Shown in pieces: positions 1-8,451 of a stretch of 64,000 nucleotides of DNA (position 1 is the first letter of the stretch; every line of letters begins with the position of its first letter). The notes under the pieces were generated by a model. It was not told the DNA's origin and made no database searches. It saw only the letters and a program-made list of their open reading frames with translations. Source of the stretch: an uncultured Anaerolineaceae bacterium (lineage in GTDB: Bacteria; Chloroflexota; Anaerolineae; Anaerolineales; Anaerolineaceae); assembly GCA_964536465.1 (NCBI GenBank), contig CAZHXQ010000001.1, positions 6,913-70,912 on the forward strand, written 5' to 3'. The translations under genes and the position numbers were made by a program.

Positions 1-810
1 AAAAGGATAATTGCGGTTTAAATCCGCGCCGCGACCATTCTCACCTGTTCCACCAGTACAGTAATTATTGTTCGTGTTTTTGCGCCACAACCAGTTTTGG
101 TTGGCTTCATCCTGGAGACGTCCATCCGGGTTGGTCACCAACAGCAGGTGAATGAAGTTGTAATCGAGCAGCCATTTGACGTCGGCGTCCGTCTCATAAT
201 TTTCGAGCAGATACTCTGCCAGGCGCAGGTTGAGTTCCACCGGGGCCCATTCGCGGGCATGAATGCCGCTCATGATGAACGCATTAAATTTCGGGATTGC
301 TGGCGTGGTCTTATCGCCCAGGACCAGCACTTGAATATCCCAACCCTGATTGGGGTTGATCGTCTTTTCCCAGGAATCACCTATATCGCGCAGTTCGGTC
401 AGATTCGGATAGGCAGCTGCCAGGTCGTCCACTGCGTCGTACACTTCGTCAACGCTACGGTAACAGGCATAGCCGGGTATGCCGCTGGTCTGCCAGGGTG
501 GTGCTTGAACTTTGGTGTTAATCAAAGTGGTGTAAGCACGGTCAACAGTCCAGGTAAAACCTTCTGACGCCAATGCGTCCCGCGTGATCTGGTTGCTAAA
601 AATCTTAACTGTTTGTGTTTGCGAATCAACCTCAACCACATCATAACGGTTTGCCAAATCAGCCAGTTGTTCCCGATCTTGGTAGGAAACCACCAGTACC
701 TTTAGGTCGTAGTCGGGTTCTACTGCCTGTACCGGAGCCGATTGGACCAACGTGAAAACAATGAAAATTGCCAGGACGATAGGGAGCAAACCGGTCAATC
801 TTTTAATCAT
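1..810 (-). CDS. Secreted M14-family zinc carboxypeptidase (N-terminal part; C-terminus runs off the left edge)
   Basis: Absent from the ORF track because it is open at the window edge. My minus-strand translation from ATG 810-808 gives MIKRLTGLLPIVLAIFIVFTLVQSAPVQA (signal peptide), then FIMSGIHAREWAPVEL (HxxE zinc motif) and GADLNRNYPF. A GGAG RBS lies just upstream. The + ORF 97..567 is its antisense shadow. Confidence 0.8.
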   Translation of the reverse strand, partial: MIKRLTGLLPIVLAIFIVFTLVQSAPVQAVEPDYDLKVLVVSYQDREQLADLANRYDVVEVDSQTQTVKIFSNQITRDALASEGFTWTVDRAYTTLINTKVQAPPWQTSGIPGYACYRSVDEVYDAVDDLAAAYPNLTELRDIGDSWEKTINPNQGWDIQVLVLGDKTTPAIPKFNAFIMSGIHAREWAPVELNLRLAEYLLENYETDADVKWLLDYNFIHLLLVTNPDGRLQDEANQNWLWRKNTNNNYCTGGTGENGRGADLNRNYPF

Positions 811-1027
811 AAAATCTCCGTTCGATTGGTTACCAACTTCTTTAACAAATGCGCAGCCTTCAACAGACCTGCATTAGTTTAACGCTTTTTGCTTAGCTTA
901 AGAGTATTTTCCACAAATTGCTGTGATCTCGAATAAATTTTTGCGGTTTCAAATCGCGTCCGCAGAGATGCGGTGTCCGCTTCAGGTTGTTGGTGAGATT
1001 ATCTGCTGACAGGCGATGGCGCTCAGA

Positions 1028-3358
1028 TCATTGATTTGTGAAGGTTATTACGGCTCCGTCGCTGATCATCTCTGACCACTCTGGTAGCATTCCTGCGCTC
1101 TCTGCCAGGTTTAGGTCATTATTGGTTAACAAGCGTTCTCGGCTGCAAGACAGGAGCAGCGAGCTGCTCTGAGATGGGGTGGTCAGGTTTTCACAGAGAG
1201 GTTTCCCGCTCCAGTTTTCAACACTGACACCGGGCATCAACAGACTGGCCGAAAGCTCGCCATACTCAAGCTGTAACGCTGAGATACCTTCCTTGCCTGC
1301 GTGGAAAGACAGGTTGAGCCGTCCATCGCTGAGCAATTCGTCCGAGGTCAGGGTATTTTGAAGAGCCCCTTCCCGTTCCAGCAAATCGTACAAATTTCGG
1401 CTGGTTTGATTGCTGGTTGGCTGGCAGCCCCACAGAACCTGCCTGATTTTCAACTTTGATGCCAGGACAAACAGTCCTGAAAGGTTCGATCGCTTGCAAT
1501 TAGGAACGATGAGACTGTCCAACCGATTAGAAAAAAGAGGAAGCTGTTTGGAAACCTGGTCTACCAGGCTGTAGGCGCCTGCGCTTCCAGCAACCAGGAT
1601 GGTTTGTCCGTCTCCGCCTTCCAGGAGGATGTAGGTTTGCTCGGGTTGATTGGGGATAAAGATATGCAGCCTGCCATCAGGTGCCGAGCTCACTCCCAAC
1701 CAGACGACCAGCGTCAGCCCGGCCAATGCCGGCAAAACATATTGTGGGCGAAAAATAGTCCTGGTAAATTTGCCAGGCTTTGGACGGAAAAGCGCCAGGA
1801 AAAAAATCAGATAATACAACAAAACCCAAAACAGGTTGAATTGCGGCAAAGTCCAATTTCCTGGCGCCAGACCCGCCAGCCAAACGACCATGCGGTTGCT
1901 GTATGCCACCCAGGGCCAGGCTATCCAGGCCACAATTTTCCCGAGAGGCAGCCAAAGTAAACCCGCGCTCATGGCTACCAATCCCAGCACCATTACTGCC
2001 GGCTGAACCGGCAATATCAGCGGGTTAGCGATCAGAAACAGCCAGGATATTTCTCTGAAATGCCAGATACTGAGGGGTAATACCAGGGCCTGTGCAATCA
2101 TGGTCAGCAGGAAGGTTTCTGATAGCAGGCTACTGACCGTCAGGGCGGTTTTTTGCTCGAGGCGCCTGGCTAAAGCGGCTTCCAGTCGCGCTTGCAAGGG
2201 CCCGGCAAACAAAGATAGTCCCAGCGTGGCCATGACCGAAAACTGAAAACCGAGATCCCAGGGAAGATGGGGATTCAATACCACCATTGAAAGCGTGCTG
2301 ACACCCAGGTTGTTGAGTGTGTTTCCCCTGCGGGAGATGGAATTCCCCAGGACTGCATACGAGCCCATGAAGGCAGCCCTGATAACCGAAGCGCTGGCGC
2401 CGACCAACAGGCTGTAACTTCCCAAAAGCAGGATAGTTACCAGAGCCCCGCGTTTTCGTCCAAACTGACGGGTGAAAAACAAACTCACCAGACCCGCCAG
2501 GACAGACATATTAAACCCAGAAATCGCGATAATATGGCTGGTTCCTGTCAACCGATAAGCATCTGACAGACTTATTGAGATGGTGCTTTCATCTCCCAGC
2601 AGGATGCCCTTCAGCAGGCTGTCTTCCGGACTGGGAAAGATTGCGCTCAAAACCTGTCCGCCGCTCTCTCGCAACCGAAAGAGAGCTGCTTTCAAGGGAT
2701 TGCCACGGTCTCTTTGCATCAACCTGGCGCGTGGGTAGAGAATGGTGGAATAAATACCTTGATGCTTCAGATAATCCCGCCACGAGAAATTGACACCTTC
2801 CTCAGGCGGAAGCAGCTCGCCCCGAATTTCTATGAGGTCTCCATAGCGCAGTTCGGTTCCCAGAGGGAGGTAAAAGATCAGTTTGCCCTCCACCTCAGGT
2901 TCACGTACCGGCAGATTTTCCGCTCTGAGCGAAAAGGCTTCCACCACTACTTGCAGGCTGTTTTGTTTCGTTTCGGGGGGCGAGGATACCAGTGCGGTTA
3001 TTGTCACCGGTCCCCTCTTGTGGTAATACAACAGGTTATTCGGCTGGTTTGACGGCAGGCTCAGCTGGTAGAGCATGGCGGTCAAGCCAAAAACGGCTAA
3101 CGTAAGCGCTGCCGGTAAACGCCTGACAGTCTGCACAGCTTCATGCGGCCTTCTACGCAAAATGGTGAACAGAAGAGCCCCAACTACTAAACCTGCCCAC
3201 CAATGCCAGGGAAAATTTAACTCATCGCCAGCAAACGGCCCAAGTACTGCAGCCAGACCCAACCAAAAAAAAGGCATAAAAGCCGGCCAGCGGATCTGGC
3301 GTGCGCGAAGATTTTCTTCCTCTATCTCATTTTCGTCTTGCCAGGAAAAGCTGCCCAT
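1028..3358 (-). CDS. comEC: ComEC/Rec2-family DNA internalisation membrane protein
   Basis: 776 aa with many hydrophobic helices. It has a competence-domain core (YRLTGTSHIIAISGFNMSVLAG) and a C-terminal beta-lactamase-like extension. Confidence 0.85.
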   Translation of the reverse strand: MGSFSWQDENEIEEENLRARQIRWPAFMPFFWLGLAAVLGPFAGDELNFPWHWWAGLVVGALLFTILRRRPHEAVQTVRRLPAALTLAVFGLTAMLYQLSLPSNQPNNLLYYHKRGPVTITALVSSPPETKQNSLQVVVEAFSLRAENLPVREPEVEGKLIFYLPLGTELRYGDLIEIRGELLPPEEGVNFSWRDYLKHQGIYSTILYPRARLMQRDRGNPLKAALFRLRESGGQVLSAIFPSPEDSLLKGILLGDESTISISLSDAYRLTGTSHIIAISGFNMSVLAGLVSLFFTRQFGRKRGALVTILLLGSYSLLVGASASVIRAAFMGSYAVLGNSISRRGNTLNNLGVSTLSMVVLNPHLPWDLGFQFSVMATLGLSLFAGPLQARLEAALARRLEQKTALTVSSLLSETFLLTMIAQALVLPLSIWHFREISWLFLIANPLILPVQPAVMVLGLVAMSAGLLWLPLGKIVAWIAWPWVAYSNRMVVWLAGLAPGNWTLPQFNLFWVLLYYLIFFLALFRPKPGKFTRTIFRPQYVLPALAGLTLVVWLGVSSAPDGRLHIFIPNQPEQTYILLEGGDGQTILVAGSAGAYSLVDQVSKQLPLFSNRLDSLIVPNCKRSNLSGLFVLASKLKIRQVLWGCQPTSNQTSRNLYDLLEREGALQNTLTSDELLSDGRLNLSFHAGKEGISALQLEYGELSASLLMPGVSVENWSGKPLCENLTTPSQSSSLLLSCSRERLLTNNDLNLAESAGMLPEWSEMISDGAVITFTNQ

Positions 3359-3385
3359 GGATACGCGAGTTTGATCTTCAGCAGA

Positions 3386-4615
3386 TCATTTTTGCAGATA
3401 ATCGCCCAATTTTGCCAGGGCAAGATGAGCAAGCTGGGACTTTATCTCCTCGCGATTCCCTTCCAATTGAAAATGATAGGACCAGTCTCCATCCGGCGTC
3501 GAAAGACCGCACCAACTGGTTCCAACAGGCTTGTCCGTGGTAGCCCCACCCGGACCAGCAATGCAGGAAACTGAGAGACCAACATCTGTGTTGAATGCCC
3601 GCCGCGCGCCCTGAGCCATTTCTAACACGGTGGCGCTGCTTACCGCTCCGTTTTTTTGCAGTGTATCCCAGCTCACACCAAGCAGTTTCACCTTGGCCTG
3701 GTAGGCATAAGCAACAATACTGCCCATGAAATATTCTGAGGCACCAGGAACATTGGTAAGCAGGTGACCGATCAACCCACCCGTGCAGCTCTCAGCTAAC
3801 CCCAGAGAAAGCTTCTTTTCAAACAGACGCTTTCCAATGCGCGTTGGCGGATCATCGTTTTCCAAAATTTTATCCGTTATCACCTGAACAGGCTGCTTGG
3901 TGTCGATCTGCTTCCAGATGGTGACCAGGTCGTTATTGGCGATATACTCGGCGATCTCTGGATCGAGGATGCCTTCCGCCGCAAGAGTCGAAGGGTCGGT
4001 TCCGGTTTCAAGACGGGTTCTGATGATTCGGGACGATATATCGGAAACCTCGATCTCCTCCAGATAAATGACCCGCCCCCCACGTTCGGTGAGGCTTTCT
4101 ATAAAGCTTTGATTTGGTATAAAACCCTTACGCGGACTGATCACTAACATGGCGTCTTTAATCAATTCTTCCCAGCGGTGCCATTGAGCAAAACCGGGAC
4201 GTTCGCCGGTAAAACTGTCTGCCCCAATCAGGAAAGCCAGCTCGAGCTTTGGGTCAGTGCGCTTTCGCATGGCTTCCATGGTCTCAGCTGTGAAGTTGGG
4301 GCGATTGCTCTGCCAGACCAGTTCTCGTTCCAGGTCGCTCACACTCACTTTTTCTACCATACCATTCAGCTTCTGGCGGATTTCGTCCGCTGCAAGCTGA
4401 CAGATCGTATAGCGATGCTCGAAAGTGAGGGTCAGCGAGCGCTTGACACCTTCCTGGATATTGTGATGACGGAAAACCGGCATCAGGATAACCTCCGCTA
4501 CCTTCCAGCCGCGGGCAGTCAGGGCTCTGACCGCGTCTACCACCAACTCCACATGTCCCTGATGAAGCGGGTCCGCAGAGGTTCCAAAAACCAGTTTTAA
4601 TTCATTTCTCATCAA
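3386..4615 (-). CDS. nadD: Fusion of nicotinate-nucleotide adenylyltransferase (NadD) with a CinA-C/PncC-type NMN deamidase domain
   Basis: N-terminal FGTSADPLHQGH (the GxFxPxHxGH motif) and SDISSRIIR (the ISSTxIR motif). The C-terminal half has LGLAESCTGGLIGHLLTNVPGASEYFMGSIVAYAYQAK, typical of the CinA C-terminal domain. Overlaps nadE by 14 nt. Confidence 0.8.
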   Translation of the reverse strand: MMRNELKLVFGTSADPLHQGHVELVVDAVRALTARGWKVAEVILMPVFRHHNIQEGVKRSLTLTFEHRYTICQLAADEIRQKLNGMVEKVSVSDLERELVWQSNRPNFTAETMEAMRKRTDPKLELAFLIGADSFTGERPGFAQWHRWEELIKDAMLVISPRKGFIPNQSFIESLTERGGRVIYLEEIEVSDISSRIIRTRLETGTDPSTLAAEGILDPEIAEYIANNDLVTIWKQIDTKQPVQVITDKILENDDPPTRIGKRLFEKKLSLGLAESCTGGLIGHLLTNVPGASEYFMGSIVAYAYQAKVKLLGVSWDTLQKNGAVSSATVLEMAQGARRAFNTDVGLSVSCIAGPGGATTDKPVGTSWCGLSTPDGDWSYHFQLEGNREEIKSQLAHLALAKLGDYLQK

Positions 4616-6440
4616 TAACCTCTTCTTTTTTCAGGCCGTTACCGATTTGATCGAGCTGCTCCAGCCATAAATTCGCGCTGGCGTCGGCGGGCATTCGCCA
4701 GCCTGTACGGGCAGAAATCCCCAGGCTGAACAGGCGCGGGCCATCAGGTGCGGCTGTGCGCTTAAATTGATGCCTGAAAAAGCGTTGATAAAATGTGCGA
4801 AGCACCCGCAGGATGAAGGCGGGCTCATACTGATCGCCAAAAACCTGGCAGGCCTGCAGGAAAATGTCAGATGGTGTTTTATGCTCTTGAATCGCCTGCC
4901 AGAGAAAGAAGTCATGCAGCAAGTAAGGACCCAAGACATCTTCAGTCAGTTGGATAATGTCTCCATCCGGACCCAGCGGTTTCAACTCAGGAGAAACGGG
5001 TGCTTTCGCGATGGTGTTAGCCACCCTTCTGCCTTCAGACCCAAACAGGCTCTCCGCCGCCCAAATCAACAAAAGCCACAGAATCGTTTTCGGCAGGCCG
5101 GCATTGACGTTGTACATGCTCATTTGATCTCCATTGTAGGTGGACCAACCAAGCGCGTTTTCAGACATGTCGCCAGTGCCTACCACCAGCCCACCTTCCA
5201 TGTTTGCCAAATTCATCAAGATCTGCGTTCTCTCGCGCGCCTGGGCGTTTTCATAAGTCACATCAGCAGTCTGCCCGTCGTGACCGATTTCTGCAAGATG
5301 TTGCTTCACAGCGTCGTCGATTGGGATAACACGCGGTATAATTCCCGCCAGTTGAGTCAACTTAGCGGTATTATTATTTGACTTTTTAGAACTACCAGGA
5401 CCAGGCATTGAGATCGCTAAGAGGTTTGCACGCGGAAGAGCCATTTTATCCAGAACATGGCAGCACACTAAAAACGCCATGGATGAATCAGCCCCTCCAC
5501 TGACACCCAGGATCAGCTTTTCAGATTTAATGTGACGCAGGCGACCCATCAACCCAACTGTCTGGATCTCGAAGACTCGCTCAAGTTGAGCTGGTTGTCT
5601 TTGGGTAAGCAAAAACGGCAGGCGCCGGTCGCGCGCGTTTTCGGGCAAAGAGACGAAACCGGTAGATTGACTCTGAGGATCAAATGGATAGGCTCTGCTC
5701 TCAAACCTGAGTTCACTTTTATGCAGCAAAAGGGCGCCATCCCGCCAAACCTGGCATAGTCCCGAAAAAACCTCTTCACCAGTGGACTCAGCCGCTCCGG
5801 CTGAGCAAACCGCCAGGAGACCTTTGGTCTGACGTGAGCATTGCTGAAATGGTGCTTCATAGCCATTATCCGCGAGGGCAGGCAGCGCGGTCGGATTGAG
5901 GGTCAGCTCCGGCCCAGTCCCCCCCATTTGACCCGCAAGCGTCCCTACCACGATGCTGGCTTTTCTGATACCGAGAGTGGGAAGCTCAAAACTACCCAGC
6001 CTGAAAACCTCGGCTTTTTTTTCCTTCCAGATCAGACTTGTTGGCGTGTTCTGATGGGGGACCTGAAAATAACGCGGGTCGGGCTGCTTGTTAAGCACGA
6101 AACCGCGCAAACCTTGTGGGTCGATCACAGCCGCAGCGTCATAAAGCTGATCAGCAAGCCGCAGCGGCAGACCAAGAACCACGCTCAGTTTTGAATTGAC
6201 AACCGCGTTTTCAATTCTTTCCAGCTCGCTTAAACAAGCCTGGGCCAGCAGCGGCTGAAAAAATAGATCGCCGCAGGTGCTGCCGCTGAGAGCTAACTGT
6301 GGAAAGAGACAGAGTTGCTCACGCTCAGAACTATCACCCATTTCTGCCAGCAGGTGAAGGATTTGAGCCGTGTTGAAGGTGACGTCCGCTACGCGCAGCG
6401 TTGGTACGCAAAGGTTAAGAACCCAATCGGGTGCTTTCAT
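4602..6440 (-). CDS. nadE: NAD+ synthetase, long two-domain form
   Basis: 612 aa. The C-terminal synthetase domain has the PP-loop GVSGGADSS and the motifs GTGDMSENALGWSTYNGDQMSMYNVNAGLPKT. The N-terminal domain is CN-hydrolase-like. Confidence 0.85.
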   Translation of the reverse strand: MKAPDWVLNLCVPTLRVADVTFNTAQILHLLAEMGDSSEREQLCLFPQLALSGSTCGDLFFQPLLAQACLSELERIENAVVNSKLSVVLGLPLRLADQLYDAAAVIDPQGLRGFVLNKQPDPRYFQVPHQNTPTSLIWKEKKAEVFRLGSFELPTLGIRKASIVVGTLAGQMGGTGPELTLNPTALPALADNGYEAPFQQCSRQTKGLLAVCSAGAAESTGEEVFSGLCQVWRDGALLLHKSELRFESRAYPFDPQSQSTGFVSLPENARDRRLPFLLTQRQPAQLERVFEIQTVGLMGRLRHIKSEKLILGVSGGADSSMAFLVCCHVLDKMALPRANLLAISMPGPGSSKKSNNNTAKLTQLAGIIPRVIPIDDAVKQHLAEIGHDGQTADVTYENAQARERTQILMNLANMEGGLVVGTGDMSENALGWSTYNGDQMSMYNVNAGLPKTILWLLLIWAAESLFGSEGRRVANTIAKAPVSPELKPLGPDGDIIQLTEDVLGPYLLHDFFLWQAIQEHKTPSDIFLQACQVFGDQYEPAFILRVLRTFYQRFFRHQFKRTAAPDGPRLFSLGISARTGWRMPADASANLWLEQLDQIGNGLKKEEVIDEK

Positions 6441-6582
6441 CTTGCAGCCTCCTTTTCGTTGTTTTAATCATAACAATTTTTTCGCTTCCGTGTACAATTT
6501 ATTGGCCTTTAAATAATGCATCACATGTCCCTTCTGATGCATCTCATCCGCGCCAGACAATTTCTGGCAAAGAGAGGAATAT

Positions 6583-7992
6583 TTGACCAGGAATACTTTT
6601 CTGTTTCGATTAATTTTGTCTGTGGGGGCAACCGTCTTTTTATCCTTTTCATCCACTCAAGCCGGCAACCAGCCTGAGGACACCATCCCTGGGTTCAGCT
6701 GTTATCGCGATGCTGCTTCTGTTCTCGAAAGCCTCGAGACGATCGAAGAAAATTATCCCAGGTTGGCTCAGTTGACCAGCATCGGTTCTTCCTGGGAAGG
6801 TCGCCCGATCTATTTACTCAAACTCACCAATGCCGCCATTAATGCCTCCAAACCTAAATTAATTTTGCTGAGCGGACTGAGCGGAAATGCCTTCGCGCCC
6901 GTGGAGTTAAGCCTTCGTTTTGCTGAGAACCTGCTGAATGAGTATGGATCCGACCCTGACAGCAGCTGGATGCTCGATTATCTGGAATTGCACCTGATTT
7001 TGATCGCCAACCCGGATGGACGCGTAAGAGCCGAGCAGCAGGCGCAGGCTGGTGAGGAAATTACCTGGCAAAATAACGCCCATAATGCCTGCCCAAACCG
7101 GCAGGTTGGCGTTCGTCTGGACCACAATTTTGGCTTTGAATGGCGACTTTCTGATGGTGGAGCTTGTAATCCATCTTATGCTGGCCCTTCATCCGCCAGC
7201 GAGCCTGAAACGCAAGCAGTCATGGCTTATCTCGAGCAGCTCTCTGGACAGTCAAACCAGGTTTTAATGCTTCATCTGGACGGTCAGAAAAGTGTTACGC
7301 TCAGCCCATTCCTATACGACCCCATCGCAGCCAACCCTCACATCGATGAACTTTATACGCTGGCAGAAAAAATCGCATATGGAACAGCATCCACACCGGT
7401 CAGGCAGGGATCAAATTTGGCATTACAGCCGTCCTATGGAACGCTGGTCGATTATGCCTATGGACAATTGGGGATACCTTCGCTGGTTTTCGACATGGGT
7501 GACCTCAACTGGTGCTGGAACTTCGAAGAAAATCTGCTGGAACCGAATATGTACGCATTGAGGCGGGCGGCAAAAGCCAGTGCTGACCCATATCACCGTC
7601 CTTTCGGACCTGAAGTTGTGATTGAAAACATCGATTATGAAAGGAATAGTCTCACTCTTCAGGGATACGCCGACGACTACACCACCTGGTGGGAGTTCGG
7701 CGCGGATACTTACAGCCAGGTGAAACGTCTTGAGTTTTCTGTGGATCTGCCCCCCTGGCATCCGGATGCTATCATGTATCCAATCAATGGTTTGACCAGA
7801 GATGCTGAATTTGACTTTATCTCACGTTTTGAGGACAAAATCGCATATTGGCAGCTGCCTCCCGGTAAACATCGGCTGTTTATCCAGGCCTGGGATACAG
7901 AAGCAGGTAGTAACCCGAGCAATCCCGGACTGATCAGCGCGGTAGACATCTTGGTTCCGTATCGGTCTTTTTTCCCGCTAATTATCAGGTAA
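6583..7992 (+). CDS. Secreted M14 carboxypeptidase-like protein (paralog of 1..810, active-site residues degenerate)
   Basis: TTG start followed by a signal peptide (LILSVGATVFLSFSSTQA). The M14 scaffold is present (WEGRPIYLLKL, LILIANPDGR, GVRLDHNFGFEW), but the HxxE position reads SGNAF. Confidence 0.75.
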   Translation: MTRNTFLFRLILSVGATVFLSFSSTQAGNQPEDTIPGFSCYRDAASVLESLETIEENYPRLAQLTSIGSSWEGRPIYLLKLTNAAINASKPKLILLSGLSGNAFAPVELSLRFAENLLNEYGSDPDSSWMLDYLELHLILIANPDGRVRAEQQAQAGEEITWQNNAHNACPNRQVGVRLDHNFGFEWRLSDGGACNPSYAGPSSASEPETQAVMAYLEQLSGQSNQVLMLHLDGQKSVTLSPFLYDPIAANPHIDELYTLAEKIAYGTASTPVRQGSNLALQPSYGTLVDYAYGQLGIPSLVFDMGDLNWCWNFEENLLEPNMYALRRAAKASADPYHRPFGPEVVIENIDYERNSLTLQGYADDYTTWWEFGADTYSQVKRLEFSVDLPPWHPDAIMYPINGLTRDAEFDFISRFEDKIAYWQLPPGKHRLFIQAWDTEAGSNPSNPGLISAVDILVPYRSFFPLIIR

Positions 7993-8100
7993 TGGTTATT
8001 CGCCAGAATATCGGGCGGTTCCGTTTCTGTTAACGAACGTTACCGACACATTTCAATCTGACGACTGGCGCCAATAACAACCTCGTTGATCACCGCGGAA

Positions 8101-8180
8101 GTTTTTCTATTAATCGCTGTACTTCAAGATTAAGAATGTTATTCTTTCTTTCTCTATTAAGTAGTAAATAGTAATAGAGC
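8101..8180. other. AT-rich stretch with TAG/TAA trinucleotide repeats (candidate DNA-unwinding element)
   Basis: Hand count gives 21 G+C in 80 nt (26%). Positions 8162-8177 read TAG TAA a TAG TAA TAG, immediately before a DnaA-box-like site. Confidence 0.5.
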
Positions 8181-8181
8181 C

Positions 8182-8445
8182 TGTGGAAAGTGGGGAAGGT
8201 TGATCACTATCACGCATTTTATCGTTATTCAACGAGGCATTCTGGACTGTTGCTTAAAATCCCGGGTGGCTGTGGATAAAAGAGCGCTTATCCCCATTAT
8301 TCTTTTAATCTCAGACAGAAGCAACGCTCGGGCGGCTTTTATTCAGAAAGTATCCGCAGTCTTTCAACTGGTAATACCGAGATAGCCACAGGATTTATAC
8401 ACACCACAGGCAGGCTTATCCACAGAATATGGGGAGTTATCCACA
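8182..8445. promoter_or_regulatory. DnaA-box cluster (candidate oriC or DnaA-titration locus)
   Basis: Perfect TTATCCACA at 8416-8424 and 8437-8445, and perfect reverse TGTGGATAA at 8271-8279. One-mismatch TTATCCCCA at 8288-8296. Two-mismatch sites at 8182-8190, 8350-8358 and 8382-8390. The cluster lies between convergent genes. Confidence 0.6.
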
Positions 8446-8451
8446 GATTGA

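Noticed and set aside
97-567. 156-aa + strand ORF at the left edge
   Set aside because: It lies entirely antisense to the much better supported M14 carboxypeptidase frame on the minus strand (HAREW and NRNY motifs, signal peptide, RBS). Its sequence has no recognisable features.
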